A DNA stretch of 64,000 nt from Bacteroidales bacterium (GCA_004556745.1 SFFY01000002.1:10056-74055); one strand, 5' to 3'. Shown: positions 47,400 to 56,656, counted from the first letter of the stretch. Made by a program: numbers and translations. The notes: generated from the letters alone by a model not told the origin.

Positions 47400-49613
47400 A
47401 TGAGAAAGTCTACCTACTTATTCTCAATGCTCGCCGTTGCGCTGCTCTCTGTCTGCACAGCTACGGCACGCACGTCTGAAGACACGGCGCCGGCCGCCGT
47501 GCTCGAGCGCGCCAACCAGGCCGAGGAGGTGCTCAACCTGCGCGGCGTGGGTTACCCCACCACCGAAAGCGCGACTTACACAGCCTTTGCCGCCGCAATT
47601 GCCGAGGCACGCGCCTATGAAAATGCTACAACGGACTACGTGGCCGCTCTCGAAACTGCCGAGACGGCTTACAAGAGTGCCACCGAGGGTATCCAGATGC
47701 CTGAGGCCGGCAAGTACTACAACCTCGTCATGATGACGCAAACAGGTGCGCAGTGGCTGCTTTCGCCTTCTGCCGATGACGTATCGCTTGTCGCTTTCAA
47801 TGGCGTACCCTCTGCCGCCACGGCCTTTGAATGTCGCGCCAACGCCGACGGCACTTATTCTTTCCTCTCGCCCCAGAGCAAGTGGTTCCGCAATCACTCT
47901 AAGTATGCCGGCGTAAGCTGGCTTTCGGGAAGTTCCGTAACTGGCCTTGACGACACTTACAACGAGCAATACTGCAACATCACCGTTGCCCGCATGGGTA
48001 AGGACGACAAGACGGAAGCAGAACTCGACGAACTGTTTGGCTACATGACGCTTTTCAGCTGCAGAGGCTATGACTCGGGCAAGAGCAGCTATGCCAGCGG
48101 CTACACCGTTATCAAAACCGATGGCTCTGACTACGACGGTGCAGCCAATCTCTACTATAATGCCAGCCACACCGTTGCCGTTCGCTTTGTTGAAGTTGCA
48201 CCCGAAGACCTGGAGGGAACAGCGAAGAACACGTTTGTCTATACCGAGGTTTCGCCTGCCAATAACAGTGAAGTCGAGACGCTCTCCAAAATCCGCCTTA
48301 CCTATCCCGTTTGCAGCGAATCCATCGAATACGAGCAGGCTATCGATGTCGTCAATACCGCTACCAGCGAAAAGGTTACTCAAGGTAAGCTTTATTGGGA
48401 GGACTACGGCAATTCAACGGTTGTCACCTTTACGCTTGATGCACCCGTCACCGCAGCCGGCACATATAGCATCACCATTCCCGAGGGCTATATCTATGAC
48501 GACAAAATCGTGTGGAACGATGATGATACCGTTGATGACTCCGCCGCTACCTACAACCCCGAGTTTACGCTCACCTACACCGTTTCGGGCACGGCTACGC
48601 CGAAAAACACGTTCACCTATCTCTCCGTCAGCCCCGAGAACAACAGCGAGGTGGAATCGCTTTCCAAGATAAACCTCACCTATTCGGCTTGCAGCGAATC
48701 CATAGAATATTATGAGCCGATTGCCGTAATCAACACCGCCACCAGCGAGAAGGTGACCGATGCCTATCTCTATTGGGAAGACTATTATGGCGGCTCGCCG
48801 GTTGTGACGCTCACGCTCGACGCGGAGATTGTCACTCCGGGCACGTATAGCATCACCGTTCCCGAAGGCTATATCTATGACAACAATATCATTTGGGACG
48901 GCAGCGACTACGACGATACCGCCGCCACCTACAACCCCGAGTTTACGCTCACCTACACCGTGACCGGTCCGGCAGTGCCGCCCGTTGCCTCGCTTTCGGA
49001 ATTGAGCAACACGATGGCCTATACCATTAAGAACGCCAACGGCTTTGGTACGATTTATTACGATGAGGCTCATTCCGGCATGATGTGGCTCGGCGCGTCC
49101 AGCAACTCCAATTTCAGCCGCGACGTCGACCTCACGAGCAAGAACGCCAACTGGTTGGTCATCTTGTTCAACGAGCAGTATTATCTCTACAACGTAGGTG
49201 CCGCACAGTTTGTCAAGGTCAATGCCTTCGCCGGTTCCGTGAATACCTCCTTGCAGGATGAGGCCATTGCCATTACTGTTCAAGAGCTTGGCGACAACAA
49301 GTTTGCCTTCTCTACCACTGGCGGCGAAAAGGACTGGATGTGCGCCTCTCCGCAGATTTCTGACAAACCTGTTTGCCAATGGACGGTCGACGACGGCGGT
49401 TGCGCTTGGCGTCTTACGCCTAATGCCGAGCTCGACGTAACGGCAGAGAGTGCAGCAGCTATTGAGAAAATTGCCAAAGCAACCGGCATCCGCAGCATTA
49501 CAAACGATGCCCGGACTGATGTTGAGGCATTCACGCTCGATGGCCGCAAGGTGGCAGGCAAGTTGCAGCGCGGTCTGTATATCGTGAATGGTAAGAAGGT
49601 TTTTGTGAAATAA
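47400..49613 (+). CDS. Secreted multi-domain protein with two tandem ~126-aa Ig-like repeats and T9SS-like C-terminus
   Basis: Signal peptide MRKSTYLFSMLAVALL; -7 TAACTTTG 47310-47317; ends TGIRSI...FTLDGRKV...RGLYIVNGKKVFVK. Confidence 0.85.
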   Translation: MRKSTYLFSMLAVALLSVCTATARTSEDTAPAAVLERANQAEEVLNLRGVGYPTTESATYTAFAAAIAEARAYENATTDYVAALETAETAYKSATEGIQMPEAGKYYNLVMMTQTGAQWLLSPSADDVSLVAFNGVPSAATAFECRANADGTYSFLSPQSKWFRNHSKYAGVSWLSGSSVTGLDDTYNEQYCNITVARMGKDDKTEAELDELFGYMTLFSCRGYDSGKSSYASGYTVIKTDGSDYDGAANLYYNASHTVAVRFVEVAPEDLEGTAKNTFVYTEVSPANNSEVETLSKIRLTYPVCSESIEYEQAIDVVNTATSEKVTQGKLYWEDYGNSTVVTFTLDAPVTAAGTYSITIPEGYIYDDKIVWNDDDTVDDSAATYNPEFTLTYTVSGTATPKNTFTYLSVSPENNSEVESLSKINLTYSACSESIEYYEPIAVINTATSEKVTDAYLYWEDYYGGSPVVTLTLDAEIVTPGTYSITVPEGYIYDNNIIWDGSDYDDTAATYNPEFTLTYTVTGPAVPPVASLSELSNTMAYTIKNANGFGTIYYDEAHSGMMWLGASSNSNFSRDVDLTSKNANWLVILFNEQYYLYNVGAAQFVKVNAFAGSVNTSLQDEAIAITVQELGDNKFAFSTTGGEKDWMCASPQISDKPVCQWTVDDGGCAWRLTPNAELDVTAESAAAIEKIAKATGIRSITNDARTDVEAFTLDGRKVAGKLQRGLYIVNGKKVFVK

Positions 49614-49635
49614 GCCTTACGAGATATTGATAAAT

Positions 49636-49672
49636 AAAACGGGTGTGCCTGATTGAAGGCACACCCGTTTTT
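49636..49672. terminator. Bidirectional terminator
   Basis: AAAACGGGTGTGCCT / AGGCACACCCGTTTT between convergent genes. Confidence 0.85.
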
Positions 49673-49711
49673 GTTTGGGGATAAGAAGGGGCTTGTCGAA
49701 TTTTAGCGGTT

Positions 49712-50179
49712 TCAAGCCGGTTGCCAAAACCGCCTTGTGATGTCTTCAAACGTACCGTCCGCGCTTTGGCGATACAGGCGCTGGTTGGTCGTGGGCGACT
49801 TGAGCGGTCCCTGTTCGGCGCGATACGGACCGAGCTTCACGTAGTTGAACGCAGCGCGGTCGGCAGGCCACTCATCGCGGCCGGAGTACCAGCCGGTCTT
49901 GAGCCTGTCGCCGTACTTCCGCTTCACGGCCCGCGCCAACCGCCCGACGGCAGCGGGGTCGTTGTCGCCGCCCATCAATCCCACGCAGGTCACCTCGCCT
50001 TCCACATCGTCGAGCAGGGCAAAGAGGCGTTCCTCCGTCAGCTCCTCGCCGATGTCGTCTTTGAGATACGCGCTGTGGCAACCCGGGCAGCCGTTAGGGC
50101 AAAGCGAGAGGTTGATGGCCAGCGTCACCTCGTCGGGAAACTCCTGGAAGACAATATCGTAGTTGACGTATTTAAGCAT
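49712..50179 (-). CDS. nrdG: Anaerobic ribonucleotide reductase activating protein (short radical SAM)
   Basis: IVFQEFPDE, CPNGCPGCHS, YVKLGPY, TNQR; overlaps the nrdD stop. Confidence 0.92.
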   Translation of the reverse strand: MLKYVNYDIVFQEFPDEVTLAINLSLCPNGCPGCHSAYLKDDIGEELTEERLFALLDDVEGEVTCVGLMGGDNDPAAVGRLARAVKRKYGDRLKTGWYSGRDEWPADRAAFNYVKLGPYRAEQGPLKSPTTNQRLYRQSADGTFEDITRRFWQPA

Positions 50180-52274
50180 CTTGCTTCACTTTCGCATAGA
50201 AACGGCGGGCGGCTTCCTTCTGACGGTCGAGCGAGAAGTTGGACACGCGCTTGAGGTAGCCGATGATGCGCGTCATGTAATCCACATTCTTGCTGTGGCA
50301 GTGGGGACACTCCTTGAGGTAACGCTTGTCGATGTGCCCGCAGTCGTTGCAGAGCGTGTTGGGAATGTTGAAGGTGAAGTAGTTGCAGCCTTCCTTTGCT
50401 GCTACGCGCAGCAGCTGGCGATACTGCGGCGCGGAAAGATGCTCTTCGAGGTTGGCATGGAGTGCGCTGCCGCCCGTGAGGTGCTCGATGTACTTGCGGC
50501 CGTGCAGGCGGAACTTCTCGATGATGTCGGTGTTGGGGTCTTCTACCACGTAGAAATAGCTGTTGTAGCAGTCGCGCGGCACGAAATATCCGTCTTCGCG
50601 GTCCCAGCGGGCGTGCTTCACGCCCACGTTCTCTGCCGGTATCATCTCGCAGTTGAAGAGCAAGTCCTTCGTGCGATATTTCTTGTTGAATTTTTCCACT
50701 ACGCCGAGCACCGACGATACGAACGAGGCGTATTCCTCATTATCGGAAATCGTCATGCCGAGGCTTTCGGCAGCCTCCACCATGCCGTTCACACCCACGG
50801 TGAGGTATTGGCGGCGAATGTTGATGTAGCCTGCGTCGAAGAGCGGCAGCATGCCCTTGTCCATCAAGTCTTTGAGGTTATCGTTGTAGGCCATCTGCAC
50901 CTTGTGCACGAGGTCAACTATGTCTTCGAGGTACTCGATGTAAGGCTTGCCCTCGCGCGTGGCCTGCTGGATGCAGCGGTTGAGGTTCACCGTGAGCACA
51001 GACTTCGAGCCGGTGCTCACACCGCCCGCGCCAAGCGTGTAGCTGAAGCCGTTGTCCTGAATCTCGTTGCGCAGGCGGCAGCACGATGCCAGCGAGTCAG
51101 CATTGTCGCTCATGTAGGTGAAGAAAGAGTGGCCGGCGGCATACATCTCGGCAGTGAAGTCGCCGTATTCCTTGTCAATCACGTCGCCGTCCTTCGTGAG
51201 CAGCGCCATGGTCTCCACGGGGAACGTGAGCACAGCCTTTGTGCGCTCCTCGTTGAACCAGCGCATGAAGCGTTTCTGCAGCCAGCTAACGGCGGGCCAA
51301 GAGGGCTGCGAGCCGTCGGGGAAGTAGAAGTTGCCGAAGATGCTCTCGAAATAGTTTTTATCGTAATAGCTGATGTTCCAGAACACAGACTGGAAGTTTC
51401 TCGCGCCCGTGGGCTGGTTGATGGAGTAGACAATCTGCTCGAAGCTGTCGGTGATGACCTTGTCGATGGTGCGGGCGCGGAGCGAGAGGTCGGCCTGGTC
51501 GCCGGCACGCTTGTAGTAGTCCGCGCCATATTCCTTTTCGAGGAAGTGGCTCATATACATCAGGAACTCCGGCGTGGCGCACGCGCCCGACAGCATGCTC
51601 GACACGATGAACACCATGTTCACAAAGCCGCCGCAGAACGATTTGAGGTTCGAGGGCGCGGTGGAATTGCCGCCGATGCTCTTCGTGCCGCCGAGCAGCC
51701 AGGGGTACATGGTGATCGAGGCGCAGTAGTTGGCGAGGCTCGTTTCGTCGTTCTTATATATATAATGGTTCTTTAGCAGATAGATGTAGCGGTCTGCTGT
51801 TTCCTTGCCGTAGAGTGCCTTGATTTTGTCGCAGAGCAGGCGGCGGTTCAGGCGGATAAAGCCCTGCTTGGGCAGTTCGCCGATGAGCGTGGCGATGTTC
51901 TTGTTCTCCACGTTGGCGTTTGCGTCGTACTTAGAGCCGGTGGCGGGGTTGGCCGAGTTGCAGTAGTTGATGAGGAAGCGGAGTTTGTCGGCCGTTTCGC
52001 GGTCGTCCTCGTGGCGCTTGCGGTAGAGCATGAACGCTTTTGCGGCCTTGAAATGGCGTTCGGTCATCAGCGCCACCTCCACCTGGTTCTGTATGTCCTC
52101 CACGCTCATGCCGTTGCAGAAGCGCAGGTGGTCGGTGATGGCCTTCAGCTGCTCCGCGTTGAGCGGGTCGCCAGTCGAGGCAAAGGTTTTGAGAATAGCG
52201 CTTTTGATTTTGTCGAGCGAGAAAGGCTCGGTTGTGCCGTCGCGCTTGGTGATGATAAAGGAGTCGTAACTCAT
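50172..52274 (-). CDS. nrdD: Anaerobic (class III) ribonucleoside-triphosphate reductase
   Basis: N-terminal ATP cone (ITKRDG), SCCRL, PAEN, CxxC...CxxC, glycyl radical loop RIIGYL; start moved to ATG 52274. Confidence 0.94.
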   Translation of the reverse strand: MSYDSFIITKRDGTTEPFSLDKIKSAILKTFASTGDPLNAEQLKAITDHLRFCNGMSVEDIQNQVEVALMTERHFKAAKAFMLYRKRHEDDRETADKLRFLINYCNSANPATGSKYDANANVENKNIATLIGELPKQGFIRLNRRLLCDKIKALYGKETADRYIYLLKNHYIYKNDETSLANYCASITMYPWLLGGTKSIGGNSTAPSNLKSFCGGFVNMVFIVSSMLSGACATPEFLMYMSHFLEKEYGADYYKRAGDQADLSLRARTIDKVITDSFEQIVYSINQPTGARNFQSVFWNISYYDKNYFESIFGNFYFPDGSQPSWPAVSWLQKRFMRWFNEERTKAVLTFPVETMALLTKDGDVIDKEYGDFTAEMYAAGHSFFTYMSDNADSLASCCRLRNEIQDNGFSYTLGAGGVSTGSKSVLTVNLNRCIQQATREGKPYIEYLEDIVDLVHKVQMAYNDNLKDLMDKGMLPLFDAGYINIRRQYLTVGVNGMVEAAESLGMTISDNEEYASFVSSVLGVVEKFNKKYRTKDLLFNCEMIPAENVGVKHARWDREDGYFVPRDCYNSYFYVVEDPNTDIIEKFRLHGRKYIEHLTGGSALHANLEEHLSAPQYRQLLRVAAKEGCNYFTFNIPNTLCNDCGHIDKRYLKECPHCHSKNVDYMTRIIGYLKRVSNFSLDRQKEAARRFYAKVKQDA

Positions 52275-52390
52275 AGGGCTTGATAAAGGGCTGTTTCCCT
52301 GCGGAAAAGGCGAAAGTCCTGTCCGAAAGGAAAGTGTTTGGAATAAATATTTTGTAAAACTATAATGCGAAAAGAAGTTTGCATATTTCC

Positions 52391-52505
52391 CAAAACGGAA
52401 AACTTTTGCTTCATCACAAAATCGCAAACAACTAAAAATCAAGCACGAAAGGTTTCAAAATGGAAAACTTTTCTTTCTGCTTGTCCTTTTTGCTTGGCAA
52501 AGGTA
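52391..52505 (-). promoter_or_regulatory. nrdDG promoter (-7 TACCTTTG at 52498-52505) with two downstream 22-bp direct repeats
   Basis: CAAAACGGAAAACTTTTGCTTC (52391-52412) and CAAAATGGAAAACTTTTCTTTC (52456-52477). Confidence 0.5.
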
Positions 52506-52569
52506 AGGCAAATTATCTTAGCAGAAAAGTGATTTTAGAGAAAATTTTTATGGTTTTTCAAAGTCGCGA

Positions 52570-52810
52570 TTTTGGGCATTATATTTTTCCCGATAAGGCA
52601 GAAAATTTTCACTTTGTGCCAGCAAATTTTTATTTGCTCTTGGAAAATCTTTATTCAAAAGTTTTGAACATATATTCCAAGCTTTTGAATATGTATTCCA
52701 AACTTTTGAATACATGTTCTAAACTTTGGAACAAACATTATCTACGATAAAATGTAATTTATCAAGGGGAAAGGAAAAACGATAAAGCAGGAAGGAAGAA
52801 ATAATAGAAA
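52570..52810. repeat. 21-bp-period palindrome array element, variant copy 4
   Basis: Units at 52653, 52674, 52695, 52716 (TTCCAAACTTTTGAA type), followed by a TATCAAGG flank. Outer bounds approximate. Confidence 0.75.
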
Positions 52811-52823
52811 TCTCTGGTCTCGC

Positions 52824-52850
52824 GAGTAGGGGCGTTTTGCAAAACGCCCG
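52824..52850. repeat. Single GTAG REP
   Basis: GAGTAGGGGCGTTTTGCAAAACGCCCG, identical to 33685-33711. Confidence 0.85.
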
Positions 52851-52889
52851 GAAAATAGTTGGCTCATGATTTAGCCTTTCGGCGCATAG

Positions 52890-53148
52890 GGCGGGCTGAA
52901 AGCCCAGTTGTTGCCCATAGCCCCGGGCAACGCCCGGGGTGGGACGGTATTGCATTGGTTAAAGTGTCACGCTCTGAAAGAGCAGCCTTCATTATTAGGG
53001 GCATCGCCCCGTGTGGCATTTATAGATTCGCGCTTTCGGCGCGTGGCATTTTGCGCCAGCGCAAAATGCCGAATGTAATAATCGCGGCGCACTCTTTCCC
53101 CGGGGCGATGCCCCGGGCTGTGGGTAACAACTGGGCTTTCAGCCCGCC
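52890..53148. repeat. REPIN-like inverted element with CTGAAAG-loop hairpins
   Basis: ~40-bp IR GGCGGGCTGAAAGCCCAGTTGTTGCCCATAGCCCCGGGCA / TGCCCCGGGCTGTGGGTAACAACTGGGCTTTCAGCCCGCC; inner GCTCTGAAAGAGC and GCGCTTTCGGCGC hairpins. Confidence 0.85.
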
Positions 53149-53214
53149 ACAAAATTCTAAAATGTACCAATCATGACATCTCATATACGATTGTTACACT
53201 CTGTATAACCATAC

Positions 53215-53250
53215 AAAAACCCCCGGGAAAGCAGGACTCTCCCGGGGATT
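53215..53250 (-). terminator. Terminator of the hexosaminidase gene
   Basis: CCCCGGGA / TCCCGGGG stem with an A-run on the left (U tract on minus). Confidence 0.65.
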
Positions 53251-53266
53251 TGCTTTTGTCTATTGT

Positions 53267-55603
53267 TTATTTCACGATAATCTCGTCCACAAACAGGAAA
53301 CCGGCCTTGCCGGCAGAGCCGTGCCACGACGGCATGCAGTGCTCGGAGAGGGCTTTTACCTTGACAAAACGGGCGGTGACGGGGGCAAAGGTGAGTACGT
53401 GGTTGTAAACCTTGTTGGCATCCGTCTCCTTCATCTCAGGATAGTATTCCGAGGCCACGGGGTGGAAGTTTTCGCCGTTGTCGGAGATGCTGATTTCAAC
53501 GCCGCGCGCATCAAACACCCAGTCGCCCTTTTCCACACAGGTGTGCACGCCGGCCTGCGAGAACGTCTGCGCACTGCCGAGATCCACGATTGCTTCGAGG
53601 TCGGCCTGCGAGAAGCCGAGCCAGCGGCCGGTGCGGTAGTTTGTGTCGGGACCCGTAAGGCCGTCTACCAGCACCACGGGACCGTCGAACTTATAACCGC
53701 CGTTGATGGGCTGGAGCAGGCGGATGGGGCAGGCGGTCGCCTTGGTAAATGTAAAACTCTCCTGCTGCGTGCGCGTGCGGCCCGAGTTGGGGCGGTAGGC
53801 GGCGGCCTTGAAGGTGCAGTCCTTGCTGATTTCCACCGCGCCCTTGTAGAGCGGCGACTGCTGCGTGGGCTCCGTGCCGTCGAGCGTGTAGCGGATTTCA
53901 GCGTTGTCCATCGTGGTCATCTCGGCGCGGATCACGTGCTTCACGTCGTCCACGATATATTTCGGGTTCACCTCGTAAATGTGGCGGGCATAGTTGTAGC
54001 CGAGCGCATCGTAGTGGTCGATGAGGCGCACGAGGCGTTTGAGGAATTTCTTATAATCTTTCTTCTCAGGCTGCGCCCATTGTATTTCGGCGAGAGCCGC
54101 CATGCGCGGGAGTTCCATGTACTCCATCTGGCGGTAGGTCGGCATGTATTCGCTCCACAGGTTGGCCTGCACGCCGATGATATACTTCTGCTCTTCGGGC
54201 GAAAGCTCGCGCGGCATCGGTTCGTAGCCATACACGCGGTCGAGCGGCAGATAGCCGCCGATGGCCTCGGGCTCGTTGGCTACGTCCTTGGTCTGATAGT
54301 AGTCGAAATAGAGATAGGTGTTCGGCGTCATGATTACGGGGTGGTGCTGGCGCGCTGCCTCGATGCCGCCCGCCTCGCCGCGCCACGACATCACGGTGGC
54401 ATTGGGCGCGAGGCCGCCCTCGAGCGTCTCGTCCCAGCCAATCATCTGCCGCCCGAGCGCATTGAGCGTCTTCTCGGCGTGGTTGATGACGTAGCTTTGC
54501 AGGCGTTCCTCGGCCGTGTGCTTGCCATCGGCTTGCAGGTTGTTGTCGGCAATGCGCTTCTGGCAGGCGGGGCACTTCGCCCATTGCGTCTTGGGACATT
54601 CATCTCCGCCCACGTGGATATACTCTGAGGGGAAAATCTTGGTGATCTCGGTCAAAACATCGTTGATGAACTTCAAGACGTTGTCCTTGCCGGCGCAAAG
54701 CACGTTGTCGCTCACGCCCCACATTTTCCACACCTCATAAGGGCCGCCCGTGCAACCGAGTTCGGGATAGGCGGCAAGGGCTGCCTGCATGTGTCCCGGC
54801 AGGTCGATTTCGGGAATGACGGTGATAAACCGCTCGCGGGCATACTCCACGATTTCGCGCGCCTCCTTCTGCGTGTAGAAGCCCTGATGGGGCTTGCCGT
54901 CATACTTGCCCGTGTTGTGTCCTATGACCGTTTCGGGGCGGTATGCGCCCACGGTGGTGAGTTTCGGGTATTTCTTGATTTCGATGCGCCAGCCCTGGTC
55001 GTCGGTCAAGTGCCAGTGGAAGCGGTTGATGTTGTGCAGCGCGAGCATGTCGATGAAGCGCTTCACGGAGTCGAGGGTCACGAAATGGCGCGACACGTCA
55101 AGATGCGCTCCGCGATAGGCGAAGCGAGGCGCATCGGCAACCTCGCCGGCAGGTACTTCTACGCCCTTGGCGGCCGACTGCAACACGGGCAATGCCTTGC
55201 GCAGTGTCTGCACGCCGTAGAACAGCCCGGCGTCGCTTGCGCCCTCGATGCGGATGCCGTCTTTTGAAACATTGATGGTGTAGCCCTCGGCTGCGGCATC
55301 TTTTTTGCCGGCGGAGGAGAGGGTGATGCTTTGCGGCGCGGCCTTTGTGGTCACGTCGAGGCGCAGGTGCAGAGCGCGTTCGATGTAGCCAGCCAATGCC
55401 TGCGCAGCGCGTTGCTGGGCTTTGTCGCCTTTCTTATAGACGATACTCGTCTTTTCGGTGATGATAAACGGTGCGCCCGAGGCGGATTTCACCGTGCGCG
55501 GCGCGGGCACCACGTCGAAGTTGGCAGTCTGTGCCGACAGCGAGGCCGGCACGCAGGTCAATGCCGTCAGGCAAAGGACGGACAAGATACGTTTTGTTTT
55601 CAT
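53267..55603 (-). CDS. GH20 beta-N-acetylhexosaminidase with C-terminal FN3-like and discoidin-like domains
   Basis: HLDVSRHF, HWHLTDDQGWR, EIDLPGH, HVGGDE, IRYTLDGTEP, FVDEI; start moved to ATG 55603. Confidence 0.95.
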   Translation of the reverse strand: MKTKRILSVLCLTALTCVPASLSAQTANFDVVPAPRTVKSASGAPFIITEKTSIVYKKGDKAQQRAAQALAGYIERALHLRLDVTTKAAPQSITLSSAGKKDAAAEGYTINVSKDGIRIEGASDAGLFYGVQTLRKALPVLQSAAKGVEVPAGEVADAPRFAYRGAHLDVSRHFVTLDSVKRFIDMLALHNINRFHWHLTDDQGWRIEIKKYPKLTTVGAYRPETVIGHNTGKYDGKPHQGFYTQKEAREIVEYARERFITVIPEIDLPGHMQAALAAYPELGCTGGPYEVWKMWGVSDNVLCAGKDNVLKFINDVLTEITKIFPSEYIHVGGDECPKTQWAKCPACQKRIADNNLQADGKHTAEERLQSYVINHAEKTLNALGRQMIGWDETLEGGLAPNATVMSWRGEAGGIEAARQHHPVIMTPNTYLYFDYYQTKDVANEPEAIGGYLPLDRVYGYEPMPRELSPEEQKYIIGVQANLWSEYMPTYRQMEYMELPRMAALAEIQWAQPEKKDYKKFLKRLVRLIDHYDALGYNYARHIYEVNPKYIVDDVKHVIRAEMTTMDNAEIRYTLDGTEPTQQSPLYKGAVEISKDCTFKAAAYRPNSGRTRTQQESFTFTKATACPIRLLQPINGGYKFDGPVVLVDGLTGPDTNYRTGRWLGFSQADLEAIVDLGSAQTFSQAGVHTCVEKGDWVFDARGVEISISDNGENFHPVASEYYPEMKETDANKVYNHVLTFAPVTARFVKVKALSEHCMPSWHGSAGKAGFLFVDEIIVK

Positions 55604-55644
55604 AGTATTATATATATATAATAATGTGTGTTCCGTGATTTTAT

Positions 55645-56370
55645 TTAATAATAAAGTTTCCCGAGCACGTCGAGCGTTTTCAGTTCGGGGAACGAAGGCA
55701 TGTGCAGGCGGTAGTAAAGGCTGGTGACCTGCAAGATGCGGCTGCGCTGCGCCCCGGTCATGCGGAAGAGGCGCATATTGGCGAAATTCATTCTTTGAAG
55801 CATCGGTAGCAGGGCTGCTTCTTCGGGCGGCAGGCAATCGCTGTGGAGCGGACGCGACGGCACATAGCCCGCCGCACGCAGGTCGAACCAACTGCCGGGT
55901 GCGTAGCCGCTGAGGTTGGGCATGAAGCCGAGGAAGCGCGTGAGGCGCATCAGAAACGTGAGGTGGAAGTTGGCAAACCCCATTTCAGCACAGTCCAGCC
56001 ACTGAAACGAGCCGGAGGCATAGCGAAACAGTGCGTGCGCATCGCTTTCAGCGCGGACGCAGCCGTCGAGCACCTCGCAGAGAAACATGGCAATGGCCGA
56101 TTTCTCCGGGTCGTAGGGCAGCGACGTATATATATATATTGTCTGCGCCGCCTTCGGGTGCACCACAGACCCCTCGCGCCCTTTGTTCCACATCACCTGC
56201 ACCAAAGCCGCCGGCTGAAACAGCGTGTGCGGCACGGCGGCGCGGCGCGAGCGCGAAATCCGCACCGCCACGGTCTGCCGCCCGTATTCCTCGGTAAGCA
56301 GGTGCGCAAGGAGCGTGTCGTCGGTGTGCTTGATGACCCGCAGCACTATGGCGCGCGAACTTAGCAGCAT
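55645..56370 (-). CDS. recO: DNA repair protein RecO
   Basis: AIVLRVIKH, LFQP, KSAIAMFL, ANFHL, LGFMP, LKTLDVL, typical of Bacteroidetes RecO. Confidence 0.88.
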   Translation of the reverse strand: MLLSSRAIVLRVIKHTDDTLLAHLLTEEYGRQTVAVRISRSRRAAVPHTLFQPAALVQVMWNKGREGSVVHPKAAQTIYIYTSLPYDPEKSAIAMFLCEVLDGCVRAESDAHALFRYASGSFQWLDCAEMGFANFHLTFLMRLTRFLGFMPNLSGYAPGSWFDLRAAGYVPSRPLHSDCLPPEEAALLPMLQRMNFANMRLFRMTGAQRSRILQVTSLYYRLHMPSFPELKTLDVLGKLYY

Positions 56371-56489
56371 AAATGTCGTTTGCTTATAGGATAACGTCTA
56401 AAACTTCCCCGAAATTACGGAAAACTTCCCGTTTAAGCGTCTATCTTATAAGAAAAACGCAGATTTTTTGAAAAAAACATAGGGAATGC

Positions 56490-56520
56490 TTTGCTGCTAA
56501 GAAAAAATGGCGTACTTTTG
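56490..56520 (+). promoter_or_regulatory. Consensus Bacteroidetes primary-sigma promoter for tRNA-Glu/rpsT
   Basis: TTTG (56490-56493), 19-nt spacer, TACTTTTG (56513-56520). Confidence 0.85.
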
Positions 56521-56559
56521 CACTCGCAATCGAAACCCAATGCGGTTCGCTGCAAAGTT

Positions 56560-56634
56560 GGTCCCTTCGTCTATCGGTTAGGACGAGAGATTTTCATTCT
56601 CTAAAGAGGAGTTCGACTCTCCTAGGGACTACCA
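56560..56634 (+). tRNA. tRNA-Glu (anticodon TTC), CCA encoded
   Basis: Acceptor GGTCCCT/AGGGACT, anticodon arm AGAGA-TTTTCAT-TCTCT, T arm AGGAG-TTCGACT-CTCCT, ACCA end. Confidence 0.97.
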
Positions 56635-56656
56635 ATTAAAAAAGGAAAATTAAAAA

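Noticed and set aside
52275..52495. Cobalamin riboswitch in the nrdD leader
   Set aside because: I could not find B12-box hallmarks (GCCACTG, YGGGAAGG, AGGGAA...GGTG) in the expected order; a cmscan would settle it.
52719..53176. Mirror ORFs 52859..53176, 52967..53170, 52719..52955
   Set aside because: Artefacts of the REPIN inverted repeats.
4683..55891. Extended N-termini in the ORF track (purD 4683, DUF2723 13471, deacetylase 16554, murE 41250, nrdD 52442, GH20 55891)
   Set aside because: Extensions run through repeats, promoters or neighbouring genes; family-typical N-termini start at downstream ATGs.
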